Virus record (IMG/VR): IMGVR_UViG_3300022841_000014
Span: 2,724 to 66,723 of that record
From: a virus
Strand: one strand, 5' to 3'
DNA length: 64,000 nucleotides
The position numbers and the translations under genes were made by a program. The notes under the pieces are model-generated. The model had not been told where the DNA came from. It saw only the letters and a list, made by a program, of their open reading frames with translations, and searched no databases. Shown in pieces: positions 21,135-31,463 of the stretch. Positions within the stretch are counted from its first letter, which is position 1. Each line of letters starts with the position of its first letter.

Positions 21135-21252
21135 AGTAGAAATAATAGATCATAATGGTAGAAGTTATGTAAATATGAATTGTAGTATTGATGAAATACA
21201 ATTACAAGATAATAATAGAACTATGAAAATATTTCTAACTAAACAAAAATAA
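21112..21252 (+). CDS. small phage protein (46 aa)
   Basis: VTRVEIIDHNGRSYV...LQDNNRTMKIF; fills the gap between genes. Confidence 0.6.
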   Translation: MKTTKVTRVEIIDHNGRSYVNMNCSIDEIQLQDNNRTMKIFLTKQK

Positions 21253-21264
21253 AAATGAAATAAT

Positions 21265-21642
21265 ATGATGTTATTTTGCGATGGCTCAGTGCCATCAAGT
21301 AAAAATGGACGCAGATGAACTGGTAGACATTTTATAGCTTCTAAAGCTACTAAAAAATGAAAAACAAACACTGCAGAATGGTGGAAAGATAATAAAGATG
21401 CTTTCCACCAGATGATAGAAGGTAAAGAAAAACCTTATAAAATAGGGGTACATTTCATAAGAGGTACTCATCATAAATATGATTGGGTAAATCCTATTCA
21501 AACAATTCAAGATGAGATGACTCATGCTGGATGGATAGATGATGACAACATTACAGAAATGGTTCCCTTTCCTTTTAAAATTAAAGGAAAATACACTGGG
21601 TATAATAAAGAAAAACCTGGTTTTTATTTAAAAGTATATTAA
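21265..21642 (+). CDS. RusA-like Holliday junction resolvase (TGA readthrough at 21316, 21358)
   Basis: VPSSKNGRR*TGRHFIASK in frame with YDWVNP.Q..QD...GWIDDDN. Confidence 0.8.
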
Positions 21643-22986
21643 ATGTTAAACAAAGATAAAGATTATCATTCATATAGTTCTATCTTAAATTTTAAACAAG
21701 AAGGACCTTCTTCTCTTATAACAGAAAGAAAAAAGAGTACTAAAGGTTTATCAAAAGGTAAAATGTTAGATAATTATATTTATGAAAATTTTGATGATTT
21801 ATATTATGTAAGTGAAAATCCAATAAAGCTTACATCAATGGAAAATGCTTTTTTAGATATGGTTACTAAAGAGTTAGAAGGTACTATAAACGAAGAATCT
21901 CTTAATAGTGATGATTTTAAAGATATATGCATGGAGTTATGTATAGAAAATGGTTTATTTAAAAGTGATATTAAAACTCCTGCTAAAATATATGAAAGAA
22001 TAGATAAAATAAAAGATTCTTTAATTGATACATTAGAAGCTGGTAATAGAATTGTAATTACATCTGAAGATTATATTAGTGTTACTAATATGAACAATAA
22101 AATTAAAAAAAATAAATATACAAGTAAATTTTTTAATAATACTAATTCAAGTGATTTTCAGAATTTAAATCAAATTTTAATTGAATTTGAATATGAAGGT
22201 AATAAATTTAAATGTTATATTGATACTATTCATATTGATCATAAAAATAAAACAATTCAAGAAATAGATTTAAAATTTACTTCATTTAAAATGAATGATT
22301 TTAAAAATAGTTATTACAAATATAGATATGATATACAAGCTTGTATTTACACTCTTGCTATTAATCAATATAAAGATGATAATTTATCAATAAGTAAATA
22401 TAATGTTTTAGAACCTTGTATAGTTGCTGTTAATGATTTTGAAGAACCTTTATTATTTAAAATAAATAATGAAAATGTTTATGGGGCATATTATGGTTTT
22501 CACACAGATTTAGGTGTTTATATTGAAGGTATTCGTGAAACTATAACTAAAATTAAATATCACATAGATAATAAACTTTTTGAATATAGTTACGATTATT
22601 ATAAAAAAGGATATGAATCATTAGGAAATAACAGAAAAAGTGGTAACGGTTTTAATTTTATTAGGAGATTTACTAATAATAGGAATTTTGATAATTTAAT
22701 AAATGAAGAAGTTGAAACAGCTCCTGGATTTGAAGAATATGTAAAAAAATATAAAAAATTATCTAATAGTAAAGAAAAAGTATCATATTATAATAAAAAA
22801 GATACTGCAAAAAAAGTTACTAAAGAAAAAGTTATTGAAGAAAAATCTATTCAAGGTTTAGATGCAGCTTTTTTGGATCTATTAAGTAAACAATCAAATA
22901 ACGAAATTGTTAATTCAGCTCCAAAAGAAAATGATAATTTTATACAAAAATATTATGAAGATTTAAATAATATAAATTCTAAATAA
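21643..22986 (+). CDS. PD-(D/E)XK exonuclease (RecE/DUF3799-like)
   Basis: SYSS, KCYID, IDLK, YRYDIQACIY. Confidence 0.8.
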   Translation: MLNKDKDYHSYSSILNFKQEGPSSLITERKKSTKGLSKGKMLDNYIYENFDDLYYVSENPIKLTSMENAFLDMVTKELEGTINEESLNSDDFKDICMELCIENGLFKSDIKTPAKIYERIDKIKDSLIDTLEAGNRIVITSEDYISVTNMNNKIKKNKYTSKFFNNTNSSDFQNLNQILIEFEYEGNKFKCYIDTIHIDHKNKTIQEIDLKFTSFKMNDFKNSYYKYRYDIQACIYTLAINQYKDDNLSISKYNVLEPCIVAVNDFEEPLLFKINNENVYGAYYGFHTDLGVYIEGIRETITKIKYHIDNKLFEYSYDYYKKGYESLGNNRKSGNGFNFIRRFTNNRNFDNLINEEVETAPGFEEYVKKYKKLSNSKEKVSYYNKKDTAKKVTKEKVIEEKSIQGLDAAFLDLLSKQSNNEIVNSAPKENDNFIQKYYEDLNNINSK

Positions 22987-22987
22987 T

Positions 22988-23563
22988 ATGAAAAAAAATA
23001 TTAGTCATGGTTATGTTTTACCTATAATAACACAATGAGTTGATATAAATTCAAATATACAATCTCATATAATAAACACTTATTTATTTTCTAATTTAGA
23101 TTCTAAAATAGGTAAGTTTTATATTGAATGTAATTTTAATTACAGAGATGTTAAATTTACAGAAAAAGAAAATATACTTACTGACAATGATGTATATGTA
23201 AAATCTTATTCTGTTAATGCTAATGTTATTTATGAATATAAAATACCAGAAGAATATCATGAAGATATACTTAAATTGATAAAAGGTAATTATTCTAAAC
23301 TTTCAGATGATTACAAAATGCAAATTAAGAAATACTGAATAGAATTATATGGTAAAATACCAGGTTTTGTAAATTCAACTATTAAAAGATTTGATGATAT
23401 ATTTAACAAAAATGACAAGTTAAGAGAAAAAATGGAAAAAGATTTAAATGTCAAATTATCTAAAAATAGTGAACTTGGTCAATTGTTAAATATTAACAAT
23501 GAAACTTATGAGTTTCAAAACAATAAACAAATAAATTTAGAAAATATTTCTGATATATTCTAA
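22988..23563 (+). CDS. hypothetical protein (191 aa with TGA readthrough at 23036, 23336); absent from the ORF track
   Basis: ATG 22988 to TAA 23563 open except for two TGAs; fills the gap exactly. Confidence 0.75.
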
Positions 23564-23591
23564 AAAACAAAAACTTAATTCTAATAAAGAT

Positions 23592-23894
23592 ATGGAATAT
23601 AGTAAATTACAACCGTTAGTAGTAAAATGAGGAGCAGACAAAGGTATTCTTGAAAAAGCAACACCTATGGCTCAGGCTATCAAAACATTAGAGGAAGTTA
23701 ATGAACTTCTTGATGCAATAAACAAAAATGATAAAGAAGAAATCAATGACGCCCTTGGTGATATTTTGGTAACAATCATTTTACAAGCAGAATTACAAAA
23801 TGTAAATTTAACAGATTGCCTTGAAGGTGCTTATAATATTATAAGTAAAAGAACTGGTAAAATGCAAAATGGAGTATTTGTAAAAGATGCTTAA
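23592..23894 (+). CDS. MazG-like nucleotide pyrophosphohydrolase (TGA readthrough at 23628)
   Basis: VVK*GADKGIL..ATP.AQ..KTLEEV.E...DALGD; TGA at the family's N-terminal Trp. Confidence 0.88.
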
Positions 23895-23916
23895 CAAAAC
23901 GGTAAAAGATAGAAAA

Positions 23917-24099
23917 ATGAATAAAATTAAAACAAACACTGGATTTAAAGGAATTACTAAAAGAACAAACACTGGTAATTTTGAAATTAGAGTCAATGTA
24001 AAAGATAATTCTAAAGCAACAAGCTTTTATGTAGGTATAGGAAAAACTCTACAAGAAGCAGTAACAAGAAGAAATAACTTTATTAAAAATCTAATTTAA
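23917..24099 (+). CDS. stand-alone AP2-like DNA-binding protein
   Basis: NTGFKGI...FEIRV...YVG..KTLQEAV..RN. Confidence 0.6.
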   Translation: MNKIKTNTGFKGITKRTNTGNFEIRVNVKDNSKATSFYVGIGKTLQEAVTRRNNFIKNLI

Positions 24100-25073
24100 T
24101 GAATATATTTAAAAAAAGAAAAAACGTGTTACCTTATGAGTATCCCGAATTACTTAAATATAAAAATGCAATAAGGCATTCATACTGAATTCATACTGAG
24201 TTTAATATTACAGAAGACATTTCTGATTTTATGACTAAAGTTACAGACAGTCAACGTGAAGCAATCAAGCGATCCATGCTTGCAATTGCTCAGATAGAAG
24301 TTAACGTGAAAGCGTTTTGGGGTGATCTGTATAAACGTCTACCAAAATATGAAATTCAATCAGTAGGAGCTACATTTAGTGAGAGTGAAGCTAGGCACTT
24401 TGATGCTTATAAACACTTACTTGAAGTTCTTGGCTTAGAAAGTGAATTTGAAACAATTACCGATGTACCAGCTATTAAAGATAGGATTTCTTATCTTAGT
24501 AAATACCTTGATGGAACTAGAAGTAAAAGTGATAAGATGTATACAAAATCTATCCTTTTATTTAGTCTATTTATAGAACACGTTTCTTTATTTAGCCAGT
24601 TTCTGATAATGATGTCATTTAATAAAGAATTAAATTTATTTAAAGGAGTGTCAAATATAGTAGAAGCAACCAGCAAGGAAGAAGATGTACATGGTAATTT
24701 TGGTATTGAATTAATTAATATTATTAAAAAAGAAAACCCTGAATGGTTTGATAAAGAATTTGAAGAAATAATTAAATCTGCATGCGTTAAGGCTCTTGAA
24801 GCCGAGTGTAAAGTTTTGGATTGGATTTTTGAAAAAGGTGAACTAGATTTCTTATCAAAGGAAACAATTACTGAATTTATTAAAAACAGGTTTAATAACA
24901 GTTTAGAAAGCATTGGAATGAGTAAAGCTTTTGAGGTCCAAACTCAAAAGTTAGAAAGTACAATGTGGTTTGACGTTGAAATTAAATCAACCAAAGAAAG
25001 TGATTTCTTTTATAAAAAAAGTATTGATTATAACAAAAAATCAGAAAGTATAACAGAGGACGACTTGTTCTAA
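24099..25073 (+). CDS. nrdB: class I ribonucleotide reductase beta subunit (TGA readthrough at 24186)
   Basis: AIRHSY*IHTEFN; metal-ligand motifs EARH, IEHVSLF, EEDVH; DFF. Confidence 0.93.
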
Positions 25074-25126
25074 CAAAACTATTAATGGTTATGTTAATAT
25101 AGTCATTAATGTTATATAAAAATTAA

Positions 25127-26761
25127 ATGAATAAAACAGATAGATATTATTGGCTTAACGAAGAGTCAAGAAAATTTCTTTCTCGTGGATACTTAAGAGA
25201 AGGGGTATCTCCAGAGCAAAGAATTAAAGACATAGCAAATCACGCAGAAAGAATACTAGGAGTAAAAGGCTGAGCTGAAAAATTTGAAAACTATATGGCT
25301 TTAGGTTATTATAGTTTGTCAACTCCTGTATGGTGTAATTTTGGATATGAAAAAACTTTACCTATAAGTTGTTACGGATCTGACATTGATGATACGATGG
25401 ATAGTATTCTAAATGGAGCAAGAGAAATAGGTATGATGTCTAAATACGGTGGTGGAACATCCATGTACTTAGGTAACATTAGAAAACGCGGTTCGTCAAT
25501 CTCAGGTGGTGGGAATGCGGATGGACCTGTTCACTATGCAAAAATCTATGATACAATTATAGATAAATGTAAACAAGGTGAATCAAGAAGAGGAGCTTGT
25601 GCTTTATACCTACCAGTAGAGCATGAAGACATAATGGAGTTCCTTAGAATTGGTGACGAAGGAAATCCAATTCAGAATCTTCAATTTGGAGTCACGGTCA
25701 CGGATGCGTGGATGAATTCTATGAAAGAAAGTGATACTGATAAAAGAAAAATATGGGCTAAAATTATACAGAAACGTAAAGATTTTGGTTTTCCATATAT
25801 TATGTTTAAAGACAATTCCAATAACAATAGTCCATACAAAGAATTAGGACTAGATATTAAAGCTAGTAATCTTTGTTCGGAAATACAGCTACCACAGGAC
25901 AGTTACAACAGTTTTGTTTGTTGTTTAGGTAGTATCAATTTACTTCATTGGAAAGAAATTGAGAAGACTGATGCTGTAGAAACTTATATTCAATTCCTTA
26001 ATGCAGTAATAGATGACTTTATCATAAAATCTGAGCACCTTCCTGGTATGAAGAGAGCTTGGAGATTTGCTAAAAACCATAGAGCCATCGGGCTTGGCGT
26101 ACTAGGTTGGCATTCATTTCTGCAAAGTGAATTATTAGAAGTTGATAGTATAAAGGCTAAATATTGGAATAATGTAATATTTAAAGAAATAAATGAAAGA
26201 TCACAAAAAGCAAGTAAATGGTGTCATGATTTTTTAGGAAAAAAATCTATACGAGAAGGATATGCTAATACAACGGTAATGGCAATTGCACCAACTAAAA
26301 GCTCATCATATATATTAGGACAGGTTAGTATGGGTATTGAACCAATAAAATCTAATTATTTTATAAAAGATTTAGCTAAAGCTAAAACTGTATACAAGAA
26401 CGAAATGTTGAGAGCGCAACTCCAACAGTACAATCTTGATACACCAGAAACATGGAATAGTATTCTTGATAATGATGGTAGTGTTCAACATTTAGATTTT
26501 CCTACAAAGGAAGTATTTAAATCGTTTATTGAAATTTCACCAAGAGAACTTGTGTTACAAGCAGCACAAAGACAAAAATATATTGATCAATCACAATCAT
26601 TAAATTTAATGATACACCCTTCAGTACCAGCAAAAGAGATAAATAAACTCTATATGTATGCTTGGGAATCAGGAGTAAAGACCTTGTATTATCAATTTAG
26701 TCAAAGCGCAGCACAAAGTTTTGCAAGAGAAATAAATGACTGTGATTCATGTCATAGTTAA
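25127..26761 (+). CDS. nrdA: class I ribonucleotide reductase alpha subunit (TGA readthrough at 25271)
   Basis: PISC, GGGTS, RRGA, SNLCSEI, IAPT, IDQSQS, KTLYY, C-terminal CxxC. Confidence 0.93.
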
Positions 26762-26808
26762 TAAATTAAATTAGCTTAAAGGCTGGGTGGGATGGTGGTA
26801 ATTAGATT

Positions 26809-26982
26809 ATGGAAAAAAAGGAAATAGTTGAAAAACTAAAACAACACAATTTATTATGGATAGATTTTTACAAATGGGTAACGAATCAAAAATCAGAATC
26901 AGAAAAAGTTTTGTATTATATTCACGATGTAGATCAATTTATAGCTTTAAAAACAGTAGGCTTAAACAGTTACTGAAATTAA
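26809..26982 (+). CDS. small hypothetical protein (TGA at 26974, two codons before TAA)
   Basis: ATG 26809 ... TAC TGA AAT TAA. Confidence 0.5.
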
Positions 26983-27018
26983 TTATAAATTTTCATATTA
27001 AAATTAATAAGCATAAAC

Positions 27019-28206
27019 ATGGATAAAAGAGATAAAATCCAAAAAGAAGCTTTAATAAAATGAATTGTTAATAAAAAAGGAACTGTTTGTCTTGCAACAT
27101 CATTAGGTAAAATGTTTGTATTTTTACATGCATTACATACGATGAATGTTAATGATGATATTCATTTGTTTTTAGCAGAAACAACAGCAAGAAAAATAGA
27201 TTTACTAAATTCTATTAAAGCTTTTGATGAAAAATTTAATAAAGAAACAATGAATACTTATAATCTTAAGTTTTATTGTTATCAAACAGTTTACAAATGA
27301 AGAAATAAATCATTTGGATTAGTAGGTTGTGACGAAATTCACATGCAACTTACTTCTTCTTATGTGCAGTTTCATAAATTTAACAAAGCAAAAGCAGTTT
27401 TAGGTTTATCTGCTACTATTGATAGAACAGTTGAATACGAAGATGGAGGTATAATTGTTACTAAAGGTCAATATTTAGATAAATATGCACCTGTATGTTA
27501 CACGTATAGCTTAGATAAAGCTCGTATAAACGATATTAATAGAGAAGTGGACATACATATCATTTACAATGAATTAGACATTGTAAAGAAGTCTGTTAAG
27601 AGCGGTAATAAAGCTAAACCTTTTTATCAAACAGAAGAAGAATCTTACAAATACTGAAATAAAAAATTAGGACAAAGCATGTTTGCTGGTCCTGAAAAAA
27701 AAGATTTATTTGCTAGATTAGCTATTGGAGGTAGAAGTAGATTACTATATAATTTACCTAGTAAAACTGTATTAATTAATAAATTATTACCTCATCTTAA
27801 TAATGTATTAATTTTTGGTAATTCTATTGATAGTTTATTAACTGTTACTAATAATGTTATTTCTTCACGTAATAATGAAAAGAAAAATAACTTTATTAGA
27901 AATCAGTTTGAAACAGGTAAGGAAAATGTAATTGCTAGTTTTAAAATGCTAGAACAAGGTGCTACTATTCAAGGTATGGAAAACCTTATTATGATGTCTT
28001 ATTATAGTAAATCATTAGGTGCTGTACAAAAAATGGGTAGACATAGACGTATAGGTGACACTAAAGGTAAAGCTTTTATAATAGTTACAAAAAACACACA
28101 AGAAGAAAAATGGTTAGCTAAATTTATAGGAAATTTTAAATCTTATAATATTATTAATCATGAAAATGTAAATGAATGCATAAAATACTTAAAAAATGAA
28201 AATTAA
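27019..28206 (+). CDS. superfamily 2 (DExH) helicase (TGA readthrough at 27061, 27298, 27655)
   Basis: Three track ORFs share one frame; motifs ATSLGK, DEIH, LSAT, LEQG, QKMGRHRR. Confidence 0.9.
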
Positions 28207-28486
28207 AGATTTAATAAAAAAATACCCTAATGCAGAATTATTTTTAACTGGCTTTTTGCAAGTTATACTAGTATGTTTAAATACATATCAAATAGCAGCA
28301 TTTGTTAAAAAACAAGATTTTATAATTCTAATAGGAATATTTATTATAGGATTTTTAATATCTTTATTATGGTCTTTTAATGTAAAAAAAGTGGCATTCG
28401 GAAGTTTGCTAAACAGAATTTGGTATGCTAGTGGTGCTGCATGTGGTAGTGTTATTGGTGTTATCATAGGTTATATATTATATTAA
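28196..28486 (+). CDS. membrane protein (about 3 TM)
   Basis: Three hydrophobic segments. Confidence 0.7.
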   Translation: MKIKDLIKKYPNAELFLTGFLQVILVCLNTYQIAAFVKKQDFIILIGIFIIGFLISLLWSFNVKKVAFGSLLNRIWYASGAACGSVIGVIIGYILY

Positions 28487-28803
28487 TGATAAAAGGAACA
28501 CAAATTAAATTAATAAGAGAACTTGATGCTAAAACATTAAGTATTATGAGCTCTAAAGGTAAAGATTATGCAGATGAAGATGTATTATCTAACTTTAAAC
28601 AAGTATCATCAGTAGTTAATACGTTAAATATTAATGTTGGTACTCCAGAAGGATATGCAATGTTAATGATTATACTTAAATTATCAAGAATTAACAATCT
28701 TAAAAAAGATAACAAAGATCCAACTAACGAAAGTTTACTTGATTCATATGAAGATATGATAAATTATGCTAAATTAGCTTATCTTTGTGAATACGAAAAT
28801 TAA
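28486..28803 (+). CDS. Nmad1/DUF1599-like nucleotide-modification-associated protein
   Basis: KGKDYA...NF, K..R..NL, ES..DS..D..NYA. Confidence 0.7.
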   Translation: MIKGTQIKLIRELDAKTLSIMSSKGKDYADEDVLSNFKQVSSVVNTLNINVGTPEGYAMLMIILKLSRINNLKKDNKDPTNESLLDSYEDMINYAKLAYLCEYEN

Positions 28804-28810
28804 ACAAAAC

Positions 28811-28836
28811 AACCCATCTAGAAATAGGTGGGTTTT
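28811..28836 (+). terminator. intrinsic terminator
   Basis: AACCCATCTA-GAAA-TAGGTGGGTT followed by TT. Confidence 0.75.
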
Positions 28837-28847
28837 AAAAACAAACT

Positions 28848-29174
28848 ATGAAAAAATTTATAATAATCTTAATTTTAGGATTAACACTATCATCATGTAA
28901 TGATTCAACAGCACCATTTACATCAGGTCATTTTAATGAACAACAAAGAAAAAATGTTGCAGAAAGAATTAATCAAATAGAAACTATAGGTGATACAATT
29001 ATTGCTTATGAAGAAGGTAATACTTTGTATTATAAAACAAAAAAAAATCAATATTATAATGCTCAAATAACTTCAGGCACAGATTTAGTTACTATTAATT
29101 TTTTTGTGTATTTAATAACTGGTGTAATATGTATTTTTATTGGTATAATTTTTGGAATGGCATGTCAAGTGTAA
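28848..29174 (+). CDS. lipoprotein with C-terminal TM helix
   Basis: MKK-hydrophobic-LSSC lipobox; hydrophobic C-terminus. Confidence 0.7.
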   Translation: MKKFIIILILGLTLSSCNDSTAPFTSGHFNEQQRKNVAERINQIETIGDTIIAYEEGNTLYYKTKKNQYYNAQITSGTDLVTINFFVYLITGVICIFIGIIFGMACQV

Positions 29175-29659
29175 TAAGATATATATCTGATCCACATTTT
29201 GGTCATAAAAGTATGGCTACAATGAGAGGTTTTCATGATGAATTTTATCATGATGAGCATATAATAGAAGAGTGGAATAAAACAGTAAGAAAACATGATA
29301 CAACATGGATACTTGGTGACATAACAATGGAAAAAGCTAATTATGAAATATTAAATAGGTTAAATGGAATAAAACGTATTGTATTAGGTAATCATGATAT
29401 GGGAAATCATGTGAAATCAACTCTTGTAAATTATGTAAACTCTATTCACGGCATGGTTAAATTACGTCATAAAAAATATGGCAACATATGGCTTACTCAT
29501 TGCCCTGTACACCCACAGGAACTTGAACATAGAATTAATTATAACATTCATGGTCATGTTCATAAAAATACTTTAAAAGATAAAAGATATATTAATGTAT
29601 GTGCTGAAAACATAAATTACATACCTAAAACAATAGAAGAATTATGGAAAAATTTATAA
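29162..29659 (+). CDS. calcineurin-like metallophosphoesterase
   Basis: SDPHFGH, LGD, GNHD, THCP, HGHVH. Confidence 0.9.
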   Translation: MSSVIRYISDPHFGHKSMATMRGFHDEFYHDEHIIEEWNKTVRKHDTTWILGDITMEKANYEILNRLNGIKRIVLGNHDMGNHVKSTLVNYVNSIHGMVKLRHKKYGNIWLTHCPVHPQELEHRINYNIHGHVHKNTLKDKRYINVCAENINYIPKTIEELWKNL

Positions 29660-30186
29660 AATGGTTAATTAGAATTTTTGCAAAAGATTGCATTTTAATT
29701 AAAAAATCTTCACATGAAAAAGATTGTCAAAAAATAGAAATACTTAGTATGAAACTAAATAAATTAACTTCCAATAGAGGAGATTCTATTTATAAAGAAA
29801 TAGAAACTAGAGGTGGTGTAATTAGAATAATTAAATCACCTACTAAAAATTGTCAATGGGGAAGTATATTTAATAGTCAAATCTTATTAAATTGTGATGA
29901 CATTTTTGTTAGTAAATTTCTTGATACTTGTTGTTCTTATTTAAGTAAAAAAATGATATTAGTAGATATTAATTCTAGATATTATGACAGAATAGTAGAA
30001 TTATTTAGCAAAAATTATATTGTTAACTTTAAACTTAAATATAAAAACAGTAATGCTTCAGACATGACTTTAATAATGTTTTCTATGAATATGAAATCTC
30101 TAAATAAATTTTCAGTAAATGATGATAATGCTCCTCTTATTAATAGAGTAATGTTTGGTAGTTTTGATAGAGATTATAATTTATAA
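29644..30186 (+). CDS. hypothetical protein (paralog of 31464 ORF)
   Basis: Shared NCQ, VDINS and YxxxNxSDM motifs. Confidence 0.7.
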   Translation: MEKFIKWLIRIFAKDCILIKKSSHEKDCQKIEILSMKLNKLTSNRGDSIYKEIETRGGVIRIIKSPTKNCQWGSIFNSQILLNCDDIFVSKFLDTCCSYLSKKMILVDINSRYYDRIVELFSKNYIVNFKLKYKNSNASDMTLIMFSMNMKSLNKFSVNDDNAPLINRVMFGSFDRDYNL

Positions 30187-30228
30187 TTTTTAATAGTTTT
30201 TAAATATTAATAATAAAAAAATAAAATA

Positions 30229-31203
30229 ATGAAAAGATATAAATTAAAACAATGGTATCCAGGTTGTGGAAAGCTTGAAATAGGTTCAATAATAAGTAAT
30301 AAAAGAGATAATTTAGTTTACTTTCCAGAAGGTTTTTTTTATCTTTTGTATTTTGGTAAATCATCTATTGAAAATAATCCATTATATTGGGAATTAATAA
30401 ATTCTGAAATTAAACAAGAAAAAATAAAAAGTTATGAGATAATATGCGTTAAACATAAAGAAAATAAATTTTTTTATACAAAAGTAATTGATTTAAGAAC
30501 TTTACATTTATATGATATACAATCAATTAAAAGGTTATCTGATGGTGAAATATTTACTGTTGGAGATGACATTAAAGGTCATATAGCTAATGGAAAAATA
30601 GAAAAATTTAAAACAAACAATAATTTAGATATTATAATATTTTTTGATTACTATACACAAGGGTTAAGTAATATTTCTCATATTAAAAAATCATTGTTTA
30701 AAACTGAAGATGGAGTTGATATATATAAAGATGATAAATGTTGTTGGATTAATAAAGGTATAGTTACATCTATGTTTAAATGGAAAGGTGATTTAAATAA
30801 TGTTAAATATTTTTCAACTAAAAAAGCTGCTTTTAAATATATTGAAGATAATAAACCTAAATTATTGTTTACTACAGAAGACAGTTTTAAAATTTATTCA
30901 AATTCTAATGATTTAACTTTATATGGTGTAGCTCCACAATCTAATGGTGCTGATTGTATAATTGCTAAAACATATCAAGTAAGTTATGAAACTCAACTAC
31001 CTAAAAATAGATTATGGTTTTATGACACAGGTAAAGCAGAAGAATATCTTTTGTATAATAAACCTGTACTTTCATTAATGGATATTGCTAAAGTTTATAT
31101 TACAGCAAATCCTAATTATGGAAAACGATCAACAAGCACAGATACTCAATATAAAAAACTTATAAAAATAATTAAAGAAAAAATTTACAATGATAAAAAT
31201 TAG
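30229..31203 (+). CDS. hypothetical protein with internal repeat
   Basis: LFKTEDGVDIY...YFST..AA..YI repeated as LFTTEDSFKIY...WFYD..KA..YL. Confidence 0.7.
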   Translation: MKRYKLKQWYPGCGKLEIGSIISNKRDNLVYFPEGFFYLLYFGKSSIENNPLYWELINSEIKQEKIKSYEIICVKHKENKFFYTKVIDLRTLHLYDIQSIKRLSDGEIFTVGDDIKGHIANGKIEKFKTNNNLDIIIFFDYYTQGLSNISHIKKSLFKTEDGVDIYKDDKCCWINKGIVTSMFKWKGDLNNVKYFSTKKAAFKYIEDNKPKLLFTTEDSFKIYSNSNDLTLYGVAPQSNGADCIIAKTYQVSYETQLPKNRLWFYDTGKAEEYLLYNKPVLSLMDIAKVYITANPNYGKRSTSTDTQYKKLIKIIKEKIYNDKN

Positions 31204-31462
31204 TAAAGTACTTAGAGATTTATTAATTAAAAAAAATAAACCTAAGTTTAATCATACTAAAGCTGCTGAAGAACTTTCTGAACTTAATACAGTTCTTTTA
31301 CAACGTGTTAATAAAGGCAATGGAGTAAGTGATGATAAAATTTATGAAGAACTTGCTCATGTTTTAATACGATGTAATTTACTTGTAAAAATATACGGTA
31401 AACACAATATTCAAAAAGAAATTAATAAAAAAGAAAAAGAATTATTTAAAAAATATTCATAA
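31190..31462 (+). CDS. MazG-like helical protein
   Basis: KAAEELSEL...EELAHV. Confidence 0.6.
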   Translation: MIKISKVLRDLLIKKNKPKFNHTKAAEELSELNTVLLQRVNKGNGVSDDKIYEELAHVLIRCNLLVKIYGKHNIQKEINKKEKELFKKYS

Positions 31463-31463
31463 T

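Noticed and set aside
24186-24188. Selenocysteine decoding of TGA
   Set aside because: The position corresponds to a conserved Trp, not Cys, and no SECIS-like hairpin or sel genes are evident.
26781-26798. G-rich tract GGCTGGGTGGGATGGTGG after nrdA
   Set aside because: Short and isolated; no complementary partner or other support for a function.
2171-28206. TGA-interrupted genes as pseudogenes
   Set aside because: All 17 internal stops are the same codon, several at Trp positions, with intact frames and catalytic motifs; decay would also give TAA/TAG and indels.
27112-28206. Three separate ORFs in the track
   Set aside because: They share one frame and together form a single SF2 helicase.
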